From a candidate division WOR-3 bacterium (GTDB lineage: Bacteria; Hydrothermota; Tepidihabitantia; B3-TA06), in NCBI GenBank assembly GCA_965649265.1, contig CBFGKC010000001.1, forward strand, positions 268,785 to 332,784: 64,000 nt of DNA. The letters run 5' to 3'. The notes under the pieces are model-generated. The model ran no database searches. It had not been told where the DNA came from and was given only the letters and a program-made list of their open reading frames with translations. Of the stretch, positions 47,476-56,788 are shown piece by piece (position 1 is the stretch's first letter; each line of letters starts with the position of its first letter). The position numbers and the translations under genes are program-made.

Positions 47476-48131
47476 TCCGGCTCGAGGAAATCTCCAAGGT
47501 TTACGACGGCGGTAGTGTGGCCGTCAACGCCCTCTCGGGAATTAATCTCGATATCCACAAGGGCGAATACGTGGCCATAATGGGGCCCTCGGGCTCGGGA
47601 AAATCGACCCTCATGCACATCATAGGGTGTCTGGATACCCCCACTTCCGGTCTCTATCATCTCAAGGGACAGGAGATATCGAAATACGACAACGACCAGC
47701 TTGCGCGAGTGCGTAACCGTGAGGTAGGCTTCATCTTCCAGAGCTTCAACCTTCTTCCGCGTTTGACCGCTTCACAGAACGTGGAGATTCCGCTTCTCTA
47801 CTCCTCCGTTCCCACCGACGAGAGGGAGGAGAGGGTCAAAGAGATGCTTGCGAAAGTCGGGCTTGCCGACCGCGGTCATCACAGGCCGAACGCCCTTTCC
47901 GGTGGCGAATCGCAGCGCGTGGCCATAGCCAGGGCGCTCGCAAACCACCCGTCGATAATCCTTGCAGACGAGCCTACAGGTAATCTGGACTCGAAGACTG
48001 AGGAAGAGATAATGAAACTTCTCGACGACCTTAACGCTCAGGGTGTGACAATAATAGTCGTTACCCATGACGAGAGCGTGGCAAAGCACTCAAGGCGCAT
48101 AATACGGCTGCGCGACGGGGTTATAGTATGA
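47388..48131 (+). CDS. ABC transporter ATP-binding protein (MacB/LolD-like)
   Basis: Motifs [35 protein letters not shown] and VTHD. Confidence 0.93.
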   Translation: MAERPTRGATAARARIRAAAERPDPDRSLIRLEEISKVYDGGSVAVNALSGINLDIHKGEYVAIMGPSGSGKSTLMHIIGCLDTPTSGLYHLKGQEISKYDNDQLARVRNREVGFIFQSFNLLPRLTASQNVEIPLLYSSVPTDEREERVKEMLAKVGLADRGHHRPNALSGGESQRVAIARALANHPSIILADEPTGNLDSKTEEEIMKLLDDLNAQGVTIIVVTHDESVAKHSRRIIRLRDGVIV

Positions 48132-49378
48132 ACTTCTTTTCCCAGCTCAAGATGGCCACTGTTTCGCTTCGTTACAACAAGAGCCGTTCGTTTCTCACGA
48201 CCCTCGGGATAATCATCGGCGTTATGACCGTTATTGCCATCCTCTCCCTTCTTCAGGCGCTCAACAACAAAATCACGAGCGAGTTTTCCGCTCTCGGTAC
48301 AAACACCATCTATATTCAAAAAATGGAATGGATGATGGGGGGGCCAGGCCGCAGGCCCGATTTTGACGAGATTCGCAAACGTCCCAATTTCAAGATCGAG
48401 GATGCGGAGTCGCTTTCAAAGCTCTCCACCGTTCAGGTGGCGGTTCCGGTAATCTCGAGAGACGTGGGTACTCTAAAGAGATTCGGCAGCGAGGCCGATA
48501 ACTGCGAGCTTGAAGGTACTACCGAGGGCGCGGACCTGACCGAGAACCTTGTGCTGGCAGAGGGCCGTTTCATCAATCGCGACGACGCCATTCACCGCAG
48601 GATGGTCTGCGTCATAGGCTCCTACATCGCCGATAATCTTTTCGGCACTGAAGACCCGATCGGCAAGACGCTTGACGTCGACAACCACCGCTACCTTATA
48701 GTCGGCACGCTTGAAGAAAAGGGTGCCATGTTCGGCTCGAGCATGGATAACAGGGTTATCGTACCCATCACGACTTATCTCAAGTACAGTCCGCAGCCCC
48801 GTGGATTCCAGGCGGTTTTCGGCGGTATCTCGATTGAGGTGCTGCCCAAGAAGAGCGTCAACATGGATAAAGCCCTCGAAGACGTGGAGGAGAGGATGCG
48901 GCTGATACGTGGTTTGCGCTATGACCAGGACGACAACTTCGGGCTCAACACCCAGCAGATGCTTCTCACGTCGGTCAAGAGCATCACGAGCGTAGCGTGG
49001 CTCGTGATGGTCGGCGTTGCGGCCATCTCCCTCATAGTCGGCGGCATCGGGATCATGAACACCATGCTCGTTTCCGTTGCCGAACGCACCAGGGAGATAG
49101 GTATTCGCAAATCCGTAGGGGCGCGGGACGTGGACATCCTGTGGCAGTTCCTGCTCGAATCGGTGGTGCTTTCCATGCTGGGCGGGGCGATAGGAATAGT
49201 ACTCGGCCTTGGAATTGCCCTTCTTGCCTCGGGGCTTTTTAAACTCGAAGCTACTGCTCCCTGGTGGACAATAATCCTGGGCTTCGGTTTCTCCGCGGCG
49301 GTAGGTATCTTCTTCGGCATCTACCCGGCGCAGAAGGCGGCAAAGCTCAACCCCATAAACGCCATTCGCTACGAGTAA
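48128..49378 (+). CDS. ABC transporter permease (MacB/FtsX-like)
   Basis: Motifs RSFLTTLGIIIGV, GGIGIMNTMLVSVAERTREIGIRK and YPAQKAAKLNPINAIRYE. Confidence 0.93.
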   Translation: MNFFSQLKMATVSLRYNKSRSFLTTLGIIIGVMTVIAILSLLQALNNKITSEFSALGTNTIYIQKMEWMMGGPGRRPDFDEIRKRPNFKIEDAESLSKLSTVQVAVPVISRDVGTLKRFGSEADNCELEGTTEGADLTENLVLAEGRFINRDDAIHRRMVCVIGSYIADNLFGTEDPIGKTLDVDNHRYLIVGTLEEKGAMFGSSMDNRVIVPITTYLKYSPQPRGFQAVFGGISIEVLPKKSVNMDKALEDVEERMRLIRGLRYDQDDNFGLNTQQMLLTSVKSITSVAWLVMVGVAAISLIVGGIGIMNTMLVSVAERTREIGIRKSVGARDVDILWQFLLESVVLSMLGGAIGIVLGLGIALLASGLFKLEATAPWWTIILGFGFSAAVGIFFGIYPAQKAAKLNPINAIRYE

Positions 49379-49612
49379 TGCCGCTCAGGAAGTAGTCCTG
49401 TATAATCAATAACCCGTTGTACCGTCCGCGGCGCCGAGGGAATGCTCCAGGTCCGGCTCCTATTTGGTGAAGATTGATTTAGCAAGGTCGGCGGGTAACC
49501 CCGGCCCATTTCGAATCCATGTGCCACAATTCTTTATTTCGTAAGAATGTCCGCAAAGATCACCTTCAATCGAACCAGGGGGGAGGGGGGCTGTTTTAGG
49601 TCAGGTAAGTTG

Positions 49613-50551
49613 TTAAAAGGCGAGTCTGGACTTCTTTTTGTCCGCCGGCGGTGCCGCCTTCTTCTCCTCGGACTTTGGCTGTTCCACGGGCTGCGGCTTA
49701 GGCTGAGATTTCTCCTCGACTCTGGGCTGAGGTTTTTGTTCTTCGGGCTTCGATTGCGGCTGCGGCTCGATTCTCGGCGGCTGTGTCGTGGTTACCGTTT
49801 CCTGGACAGGTTTGGGTTTCGGCTGCTCTATCTGGGCGCCGCCTGCCCTCAGGCGCTGCTCGTTCAGCTCAAGAATCTGACCTTCTAGCTCGTGAATTCG
49901 GCGCTCCAGTGCAGAAATCTTGGCTCCTATGGCCGGCGAATTCTTCAACTCCTCCCACGTCTTCTGTTCGAGCTGCCCCTCCATGGCCTTAAGTTCGTCG
50001 TGCTTCAGCTTGACCCTGTCTCTATCTTCCCTTAGCTCCGCGATCTCGCGCTCGAGATGAGTTTTTTCCTTGATGGCCATCTCCATCGCTGAGTGCTCGC
50101 GCCTCAAGTATTCTAAACGCTTGTTGATGTCCTGTTCCTCCCTCTCAAGGGTTCGGAGCTTGGCCTCGGTCATGGAGAGCTCGCGCCGCCGCTTCTCGAC
50201 CGTTTCCTGTGAGATGTAGTCGGGATGACCGGGTGCTATGGTTCCTTCGGGCGGTTTCGTACGGCGTATGACTTCGTTTTCCACAAGGCTACCTTGATCT
50301 TTAATATCATCCTTGCCTTTTGCAGCCTCGCCGCGATCCATTTTTTCCCAAACTGTCTTCTGGTCCACGGGAGGTTTCTTCTCAGGTTCCTTACGTGGTT
50401 CCGTTGAACTCATCTTGCCGAATTTGCGTTCTAGCTCCTTAAGCTTTTCCAGGTCCTCCGGATTTGCCTGTACTTCCTTCTTCTCCTCGGGCTGTTTCTC
50501 CGGTTTCTTCTCCGGCAGCTCTTTTTCGTTCTTTGGTGTAAATTTCGGCAT
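49613..50551 (-). CDS. Hypothetical charged coiled-coil protein
   Basis: E/K-rich heptad region flanked by P/Q/E/K low-complexity segments; promoter directly upstream. Confidence 0.7.
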   Translation of the reverse strand: MPKFTPKNEKELPEKKPEKQPEEKKEVQANPEDLEKLKELERKFGKMSSTEPRKEPEKKPPVDQKTVWEKMDRGEAAKGKDDIKDQGSLVENEVIRRTKPPEGTIAPGHPDYISQETVEKRRRELSMTEAKLRTLEREEQDINKRLEYLRREHSAMEMAIKEKTHLEREIAELREDRDRVKLKHDELKAMEGQLEQKTWEELKNSPAIGAKISALERRIHELEGQILELNEQRLRAGGAQIEQPKPKPVQETVTTTQPPRIEPQPQSKPEEQKPQPRVEEKSQPKPQPVEQPKSEEKKAAPPADKKKSRLAF

Positions 50552-50695
50552 ACTTATAGAATAGTGATAAATCGGCGATAGTCAAGAGGGTGCAGACAAG
50601 CAACGCAACTTTTTATAAAATTCCTAATCCTGAAAACCAACTCGCTCGAATTGGTGAAAAGGTTGCATGACATGCAGATATACGTAAACTAATCA

Positions 50696-52087
50696 ATGTC
50701 AGTTCAAATAAAGTTCCTCGGGGCTGCGGGAAGCGTTACAGGCTCCAAGTTTATCCTCCGCACAAAAAAAGAGTCTCTTCTGACCGAATTCGGGCTGGTC
50801 CAGGGGCATCGTAAACAGGCGTTCGAGGAAAACAGCACCGTCTCTCAGGAAGCCCTGAAGACCGGCGCCATGCTGCTTTCTCACGCCCACCTTGACCATT
50901 CGGGGAACATCCCGAGGCTCGTAAGCCACGGATACAAGAGGACCATTTACGCGACTGGCGGCACAATTGACCTTGCGAAAATAATGCTTCTTGACTCCGC
51001 CGAGATCCAGACGCGCGACGTTGAGTACGTCAACAAGAAGAACCTTAAGCGAGGCGAGCCTCCGGTGGAGCCTCTTTACACCACAGAGGACGTCGAAGCC
51101 GCGCTCGAGAGCTTTTCGGCCCTGCAATACCGCGCAAGCTCCGAGATCCTTCCGGGAATCGCCGCAACTCTTTACGACGCCGGACATATTCTGGGCTCCG
51201 CCCAGATTCTATACGAGACAGAAGGTCAAAGAATACTTTTCACGGGTGACCTTGGCCGCTCGAACCTGCCCGTAGTGCGCGATCCGGAGCACGTTCCTTC
51301 TCCCGATATCATCATTTGCGAATCCACTTACGGCAATCGTGTTCACAAGCCGCTCGCCGAGGCAAAAGAGCGGCTGGCTGAAATCCTCGTTCGTGCATGC
51401 AGCAGAAGAGCAAAGATCCTGGTGCCGGCGTTCGCCGTCGGGCGAACCCAGTCCCTCGTGCTGGTCATGCACGAGTTGATGGATGAGGGAAGGCTGCCGG
51501 CGATGCCTTTTTGGGTCGATTCGCCTCTTTCCCTCGAGGCCACGCAGGTCTTCGAGAGACATCCGGAATGCTTTGACGCGGAAACTGCCGACTTCCTCAA
51601 GAGAAGAGAAGATCCGTTCGGATTCTCGAGACTCAAGTACGTGAAGACGGTCGATGAATCAAAGGCTCTCAACGAAATCGAGGGACCTTGCGTCATTATA
51701 GCCTCTTCAGGAATGTGCGAAGGAGGCCGGGTTGTTCACCACCTTAAGAAAATAATACCCGATTCGAATAATCTCCTTCTCCTCACCGGACACCAGGCCG
51801 AGGGGACACTCGGAAGGCGCATATTGGAAGGTGCCGAAATTGTTCGCCTCTTCGGGGAGGAGTATCCCTTGAACTGTGAGGTCGAGGTTCTTAACGAATA
51901 CTCCGCGCACGCGGATAAAAACGACCTCCTCAATTTTTTCAAGGGGTACGACCCGGGAAAGGTCAAACAGGTCTTTCTCGTGCACGGCGAAGCCGATCAG
52001 AGCGAGGCTCTCGCGCTTTCCCTCGCCGAACTCGGTTACTCGTACGTGACTGTTCCCACGGTCGGAAAGGATTATGAAATCGCCTGA
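50696..52087 (+). CDS. Metallo-beta-lactamase/beta-CASP family ribonuclease
   Basis: Motifs LSHAHLDHSG, AGHILGS, FTGDLG, ESTYG, AFAVGRTQ, YSAHAD and LVHGE. Confidence 0.92.
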   Translation: MSVQIKFLGAAGSVTGSKFILRTKKESLLTEFGLVQGHRKQAFEENSTVSQEALKTGAMLLSHAHLDHSGNIPRLVSHGYKRTIYATGGTIDLAKIMLLDSAEIQTRDVEYVNKKNLKRGEPPVEPLYTTEDVEAALESFSALQYRASSEILPGIAATLYDAGHILGSAQILYETEGQRILFTGDLGRSNLPVVRDPEHVPSPDIIICESTYGNRVHKPLAEAKERLAEILVRACSRRAKILVPAFAVGRTQSLVLVMHELMDEGRLPAMPFWVDSPLSLEATQVFERHPECFDAETADFLKRREDPFGFSRLKYVKTVDESKALNEIEGPCVIIASSGMCEGGRVVHHLKKIIPDSNNLLLLTGHQAEGTLGRRILEGAEIVRLFGEEYPLNCEVEVLNEYSAHADKNDLLNFFKGYDPGKVKQVFLVHGEADQSEALALSLAELGYSYVTVPTVGKDYEIA

Positions 52088-53012
52088 AGAAAAGAAAGAC
52101 CCCCTCCTGGAGGAGTTTCTGAACTATCTCACCGCAGAGAGGGGGTTATCCGCGAACTCCACCGAGGCCTACGCAAGGGATCTCGTGCAGTTCGGGACTT
52201 TCCTTCAGAGTGCAGGCTCCTCATTCCGCGCGGTGACGTCCGGCACAATCAGGCAGTATCTCGGACGTATGGACGAGGCCGGTCTCGAGCCGCGATCGGC
52301 GGCGCGTAAGCTCTCCGCCATCCGCATGTTCCTGCGTTATCTCAACGACACCGGAAAGATAGCGGGCGACCCTGGCGAAAACGTGTCCGGACCGCGCCTT
52401 GGCCGAAAGCTGCCCGAAGTCCTTTCCCCTGAAGAGGTGGAAAGAATCCTGGCCGCCGCACAGCGCTCTCAGGCGTCCTCGAAGAGTGAGAAAGCCACGG
52501 CGCTTGCCGCGCGCGACTGGGCGATGCTCGAGGTCATCTACGGTGCCGGCCTTCGCATTTCCGAACTCACCGGCCTGCATCTGGGAGACTTGTATCTTGC
52601 AGACGGATTCATACGCGTGATCGGTAAGGGCGATAAGGAAAGGGTGGTGCCTCTTGGTGAGCCGGCAATTCGCTCGCTCAGACGCTACATCGATACCGCA
52701 AGGTCTTCGCTCACCACGGCAAAGGGCGGGGTACGCGATATCGTATTCCTCAATACCCGCGGGTCGGGGCTTTCCAGAATGGGCGCATGGAAGATAATTC
52801 GTTTCTACGTTCAGGCAGCCGGGATAAAGTCCCACGTTACCCCGCACACGTTTCGCCACTCGTTCGCGACGCACCTCCTTGAGGGAGGCGCGGACCTTCG
52901 CGCCGTGCAGGAGATGCTTGGACATTCGAGCATCACGACTACCGAAATCTACACTCATGTGGATCGTTCGTATCTTCGCGAGGTCTACAGAAGTTTTCAC
53001 CCCAGGGCATAA
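52074..53012 (+). CDS. xerD: Tyrosine recombinase XerD
   Basis: ERGLSANSTEAYARDL, GLRISEL, GKGDKERVVP, TPHTFRHSFATHLL, VQEMLGHSSITTTEIYTH and C-terminal HPRA. Confidence 0.9.
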   Translation: MKSPEEKKDPLLEEFLNYLTAERGLSANSTEAYARDLVQFGTFLQSAGSSFRAVTSGTIRQYLGRMDEAGLEPRSAARKLSAIRMFLRYLNDTGKIAGDPGENVSGPRLGRKLPEVLSPEEVERILAAAQRSQASSKSEKATALAARDWAMLEVIYGAGLRISELTGLHLGDLYLADGFIRVIGKGDKERVVPLGEPAIRSLRRYIDTARSSLTTAKGGVRDIVFLNTRGSGLSRMGAWKIIRFYVQAAGIKSHVTPHTFRHSFATHLLEGGADLRAVQEMLGHSSITTTEIYTHVDRSYLREVYRSFHPRA

Positions 53013-53024
53013 GGTTTCTCTGTC

Positions 53025-53399
53025 ATGAGCGGATTTCTTACCGACGACGAATTCGACTCCATCGTCCGAGAAGTAATAGAAGGCCTTCCGCAGGAGTTCA
53101 GGGACGCGCTTGACGAACGCAACATAGTCATAGCCGTGAAAGATATGCCCGACAGTGCCGACCCTCCCGACTTCATGCGAGGAAGGGTTCTGGGATTCTA
53201 CCACGGAGTTCCGCTGCGTCGGAGGGGAGGGGACGGTCACGCCTTGTGGCCCGACAGGATAGTCATCTACAAATCCCTGATCGAACGCTACTCATCCACC
53301 CCCGACCAGGCGCGAGAGCTGCTGCGCCGCGTGGTCTTCCACGAGATAGGGCACTTCTTCGGCCTCTCGGACGAGGAGCTGCGCCGACTGGGATACTGA
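53025..53399 (+). CDS. Minimal zincin-like metallopeptidase
   Basis: Motifs LGFYHGVP, PDRIVIY and HEIGHFFGLSDEEL. Confidence 0.88.
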   Translation: MSGFLTDDEFDSIVREVIEGLPQEFRDALDERNIVIAVKDMPDSADPPDFMRGRVLGFYHGVPLRRRGGDGHALWPDRIVIYKSLIERYSSTPDQARELLRRVVFHEIGHFFGLSDEELRRLGY

Positions 53400-53402
53400 T
53401 AA

Positions 53403-53441
53403 ATCCCCGGAAAATCAACCGGTGATTTTCCGGGAACCCCT
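53403..53441 (+). repeat. 39-nt palindromic repeat
   Basis: AT-CCCCGGAAAATCA-accgg-TGATTTTCCGGGA-ACCCCT. Confidence 0.75.
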
Positions 53442-53616
53442 GATCTTGCACAAAAAAGGCGTCGCATCTTGATGGGATCTCTATCTTAACACCCTATAAA
53501 TAATGCGCCTGAATCTCGATTTAAATTGGGTCGATTATCATCCGAAAAGAGATTGACAAATCCACTGGAACAACATATCATCGTCAGCTGTCATTTTCCA
53601 TCAAGGAGGTTCGCAG

Positions 53617-54099
53617 ATGAAATTAATCTTCAGGTATCGAATCCTAATTTTACTCGTCCTGTTCTTTGTTGCGCCGTTCATCGTAAGGGCCGAATCGGCT
53701 TCATACAAAATAGCTTCTGTTAAGGCGTATCTTTTCTACAACCACTCCGGTTCTTTCTCCGAGAACGTAATAGACAATCCCGATTTCGTCTTCTGGAACG
53801 CGATAATCGGTGAGGGATCGGCAAAAGAGCCGTCGGACGCCGTCTTTGTAGACGTGGAGATCGAGGGACCTCCGGGTTCCTATGAATCAAGAAACATCCA
53901 ACTTGAAGTTTCCGAGGCCGGGCAGGCTGTCCTTAAAAAGTCACTTGATATCGGTATTCTGAGTGATGAGGGGAGTTACCACGCCGGTTTCTGGCTTTAC
54001 GAAACCGGATGCGCTCCGGTAAAACTTATCGTGAAAATCCTGGGCCAGGACGAGGAAGAGAAGATAGTAAAAGAAATACCTTTTGCCTGTGGGGAATAA
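53617..54099 (+). CDS. Hypothetical exported protein
   Basis: SD AAGGAGG, signal peptide, C-terminal PFACGE. Confidence 0.72.
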   Translation: MKLIFRYRILILLVLFFVAPFIVRAESASYKIASVKAYLFYNHSGSFSENVIDNPDFVFWNAIIGEGSAKEPSDAVFVDVEIEGPPGSYESRNIQLEVSEAGQAVLKKSLDIGILSDEGSYHAGFWLYETGCAPVKLIVKILGQDEEEKIVKEIPFACGE

Positions 54100-54104
54100 A
54101 TGAA

Positions 54105-54145
54105 CCTCCATAAAAAATGCAGGGCATTTTTTATGGGAGACCCCA
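54105..54145 (+). repeat. Palindromic repeat family member
   Basis: CTCCATAAAAAATGC-agg-GCATTTTTTATGGGAG-ACCCC. Confidence 0.75.
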
Positions 54146-54233
54146 ATTTAAACTCCGTCAAAACACGTAGTGTTTTGGCGGAGAGCATAAAAAAATCCCG
54201 CGAATCGAGTAATCACGACTCGCGGGAATAAAG

Positions 54234-54315
54234 TGCCGGGGGCGGGATTTGAACCCGCACGGAGTTACCCATACGCCCCTCAAACGTACGTGTCTGCCAT
54301 TTTCACCACCCCGGC
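54234..54315 (-). tRNA. tRNA-Leu(GAG)
   Basis: GCCGGGG acceptor stem, D-arm with TGG, anticodon stem TACGT/GCGTA with loop TTGAGGG, long variable arm and GGTTCAAATCC T-arm; CCA not fully encoded. Confidence 0.93.
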
Positions 54316-54392
54316 GTCGGACGTAAATATAACCAGGAGGAGCCAAAAGTCAAGCCCTTATGAACGACGTCCGGCCTCTCAGAGCCAAGCCC

Positions 54393-54434
54393 CTTGACAA
54401 CATCCAGAAGAGAAGTATGCTTTGATATTAAGAA
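54393..54434 (+). repeat. 42-bp direct repeat, copy 1 (contains TTGACA-N16-TATGCT promoter)
   Basis: CTTGACAACATCCAGAAGAGAAGTATGCTTTGATATTAAGAA, identical to 56708-56749. Confidence 0.92.
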
Positions 54435-54531
54435 TTCGAGTTAACATAGAAGGGAGGTGATAAGTACATCACCCAAACAACAAACAATGAGGAGGGCTAA
54501 ATAAAGAAGAAGGAGTGAAAGGAGAAATTCA

Positions 54532-56559
54532 ATGAAAAGCATTATATCGGAAGTAATGGTGACCATTGTGTTACTCATGGCGGACTCTGTCAAGCTTCAA
54601 GCGATTGAGGTATCTGAAAACTTAAGAGAACGAGTTGCTATGCCTCAACTGGATCTTTGGAGTTCTCGTAATCCGGGAAAAAACATGGAAATCGAACAAA
54701 ACAGTATATTAGGTAATATATCTTCTGCAACCAACGTCCTTCCTGGGTTATTGATTATCTACGCACCAAATTGTGTATGGCATCATAATACAGAAGATGG
54801 TCTGTCTTGGCTAGATGGATTCATAAATTGGAAAAAAGCCATGGGGTATCACGTTGATACTGTTTGTTTAGGAGCAATTCCGAGTATCAATCTACTTGCG
54901 CCTAATACCAATGATGTAGATGATGTCAAAGAGTATATTCAGCTCTGGTATGCAACTAACCATGAAATCACATGTGACCCCAAATACGTTCTTCTGATCG
55001 GAGATGCATTTAGTGTTCCGTATAACCCTGTTGATCCGGAACTTATTGACCCGACTGTTGCACAAAAAGCCGATTCAAGTCATATGCCAACCTATGCTGG
55101 GTACACTCGACCTGCGGGATTACCTCCATCGAATAATGAGACTGATGATATTTACGATGATTTTTATTACCAACTTTTGAGTGGTGAAGATGATGAACCA
55201 GACATAGCAATTGGACGCTGGTGTACCAGGAATCCTGTGGACTTTCGTTACTGGGTTGCAAGGCAAATCAATTTCTACGAAGCCTATCCTTCAAGTAATT
55301 GGGACTGCGATCGTTTGTTGTTTGTTGCAAGCAAAGCCGTGATAAATCTAATAACAATGAAGAGTGTTAAAGAAAACATTCGAACAAGTTTTGTTCCTAG
55401 CTACATCGTGACTGAAGCATATGGAGTAGATGGTGCAACAAATAACGATATTTGCAATGCCTTAAACACAAACCGTGGTGTAGGGGTTGTGAACTATCTT
55501 GGTCACGGGAGTACTAACTCTTGGTGGAACTGGAATTTGTCAAGTCAATCATTTACAACTGCAAACATATCAGCTTTAGCTAATTGGGATATGTGTCCAG
55601 TTGTTTTTTCAACGGCATGTTATACTGGTGATTTTGTTAGTGCACATGTCATTTCTTCGGAAGAATGTATGGCTGAGGCGTGGACTCGTAGTAGATATGA
55701 GGAATTAGGCGCGGTTGCGGCCTTTGGCTCGGGCCAAATGGGGCCAGGTTTACCTGATACCCTTGTTGATGTTAAGATATTTGAAGCCTTGTATGCTACA
55801 GCCCCCAAGAACTGTGGCGATGCTATAAAGTCAGCTCAGACTTATCTTGTTGAGAACAACGGTACTTTAGCCCCTTTTGGACTCTATTTAGCAAGAATCT
55901 ACAATTATTTTGGCGACCCTACGCTAGATGTATGGCGTGACGAACCCGTTAAAGCCACTCTTGCATACACTCTTGACTATGTAACCGGAGAAATGGAATT
56001 CGAAGTCAGGCGAGAGAGCGACAATGTACCCGTACCTGGGGCTTTGGTTTGCATTTGGAACTCTCAATATCACTGGATAAATCATACAGACATTGCAGGA
56101 AAAGCTCAGTTTCCTTTTCCAACCGGTATATACGGTACGTTTAAAGTTACCGCAACGAATCAGACCGGTCCTATCTGCATCAAACCTGTTGGTATAAGTT
56201 TCAATTGCTCCCCTTCTCTGCATTCAAATCATCCAGGCACGGAAGAATCCGAAGCAAAAGTGATAGAATGGAATTTGGGTTCAATCAATCCTAATCCGTT
56301 TTTTTCTACCACAACGATTTCTTATTCGGTAGGTGGTACAGCTGGTTCAGCGGACCCCCAACCTATGGTTCTGAGCATCTTCGATGTATCAGGGCGACAC
56401 GTCAGGCAATTGGTTAAAGAGCAGAAAACCCCAGGAAGCTATCAGGTAACCTGGAATGGCCGCGATGAAAAAGGTTCCATATGCCCTAAAGGGATTTACC
56501 TGGTGCGGATGTATTGTAAGGAATTCTACGCCAAAGAGTGTATAGTTTTCCTTAGATGA
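54532..56559 (+). CDS. C25 (gingipain-family) cysteine peptidase with FlgD-Ig/T9SS-type C-terminal domain
   Basis: Motifs YVLLIGD, PDIAIGR, catalytic NYLGHG and STACYTG, YNYFGDP; C-terminal PNPF...IFDVSGRHVR...WNGRD...GIY; AT-rich. Confidence 0.88.
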   Translation: MKSIISEVMVTIVLLMADSVKLQAIEVSENLRERVAMPQLDLWSSRNPGKNMEIEQNSILGNISSATNVLPGLLIIYAPNCVWHHNTEDGLSWLDGFINWKKAMGYHVDTVCLGAIPSINLLAPNTNDVDDVKEYIQLWYATNHEITCDPKYVLLIGDAFSVPYNPVDPELIDPTVAQKADSSHMPTYAGYTRPAGLPPSNNETDDIYDDFYYQLLSGEDDEPDIAIGRWCTRNPVDFRYWVARQINFYEAYPSSNWDCDRLLFVASKAVINLITMKSVKENIRTSFVPSYIVTEAYGVDGATNNDICNALNTNRGVGVVNYLGHGSTNSWWNWNLSSQSFTTANISALANWDMCPVVFSTACYTGDFVSAHVISSEECMAEAWTRSRYEELGAVAAFGSGQMGPGLPDTLVDVKIFEALYATAPKNCGDAIKSAQTYLVENNGTLAPFGLYLARIYNYFGDPTLDVWRDEPVKATLAYTLDYVTGEMEFEVRRESDNVPVPGALVCIWNSQYHWINHTDIAGKAQFPFPTGIYGTFKVTATNQTGPICIKPVGISFNCSPSLHSNHPGTEESEAKVIEWNLGSINPNPFFSTTTISYSVGGTAGSADPQPMVLSIFDVSGRHVRQLVKEQKTPGSYQVTWNGRDEKGSICPKGIYLVRMYCKEFYAKECIVFLR

Positions 56560-56707
56560 TAAATAGATAATGGAGCAAAAAGGAGTAGGCAGAGTTTCCG
56601 CATACTCCTTTTTTGTAAGTAGTTGACTTGAGATGGTGAATTCCAACAAAGCGTAACTATATTAAAGGTCGTACGTTTTAGACAGCTAAAAGTTAATGAT
56701 TGAACCA

Positions 56708-56749
56708 CTTGACAACATCCAGAAGAGAAGTATGCTTTGATATTAAGAA
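56708..56749 (+). repeat. 42-bp direct repeat, copy 2 (promoter of the downstream lipoprotein gene)
   Basis: Exact match to 54393-54434. Confidence 0.92.
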
Positions 56750-56788
56750 CACAAGCAAGTTTTAATCGAGCACGTTAGGAGGTGCACG

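Noticed and set aside
52221-53240. 339-aa minus-strand ORF
   Set aside because: Antisense shadow of xerD and the zincin gene, with no recognisable motifs.
52074-54315. Integrative element defined by a tyrosine recombinase near tRNA-Leu
   Set aside because: The recombinase looks like housekeeping XerD in an operon with an RNase, and no duplicated tRNA 3' end was seen.
56595-56622. dif-like site (TTTCCGCATAC...TTTGTAAGT)
   Set aside because: Poor XerD-arm match, and it lies within the terminator hairpin of the C25 gene.
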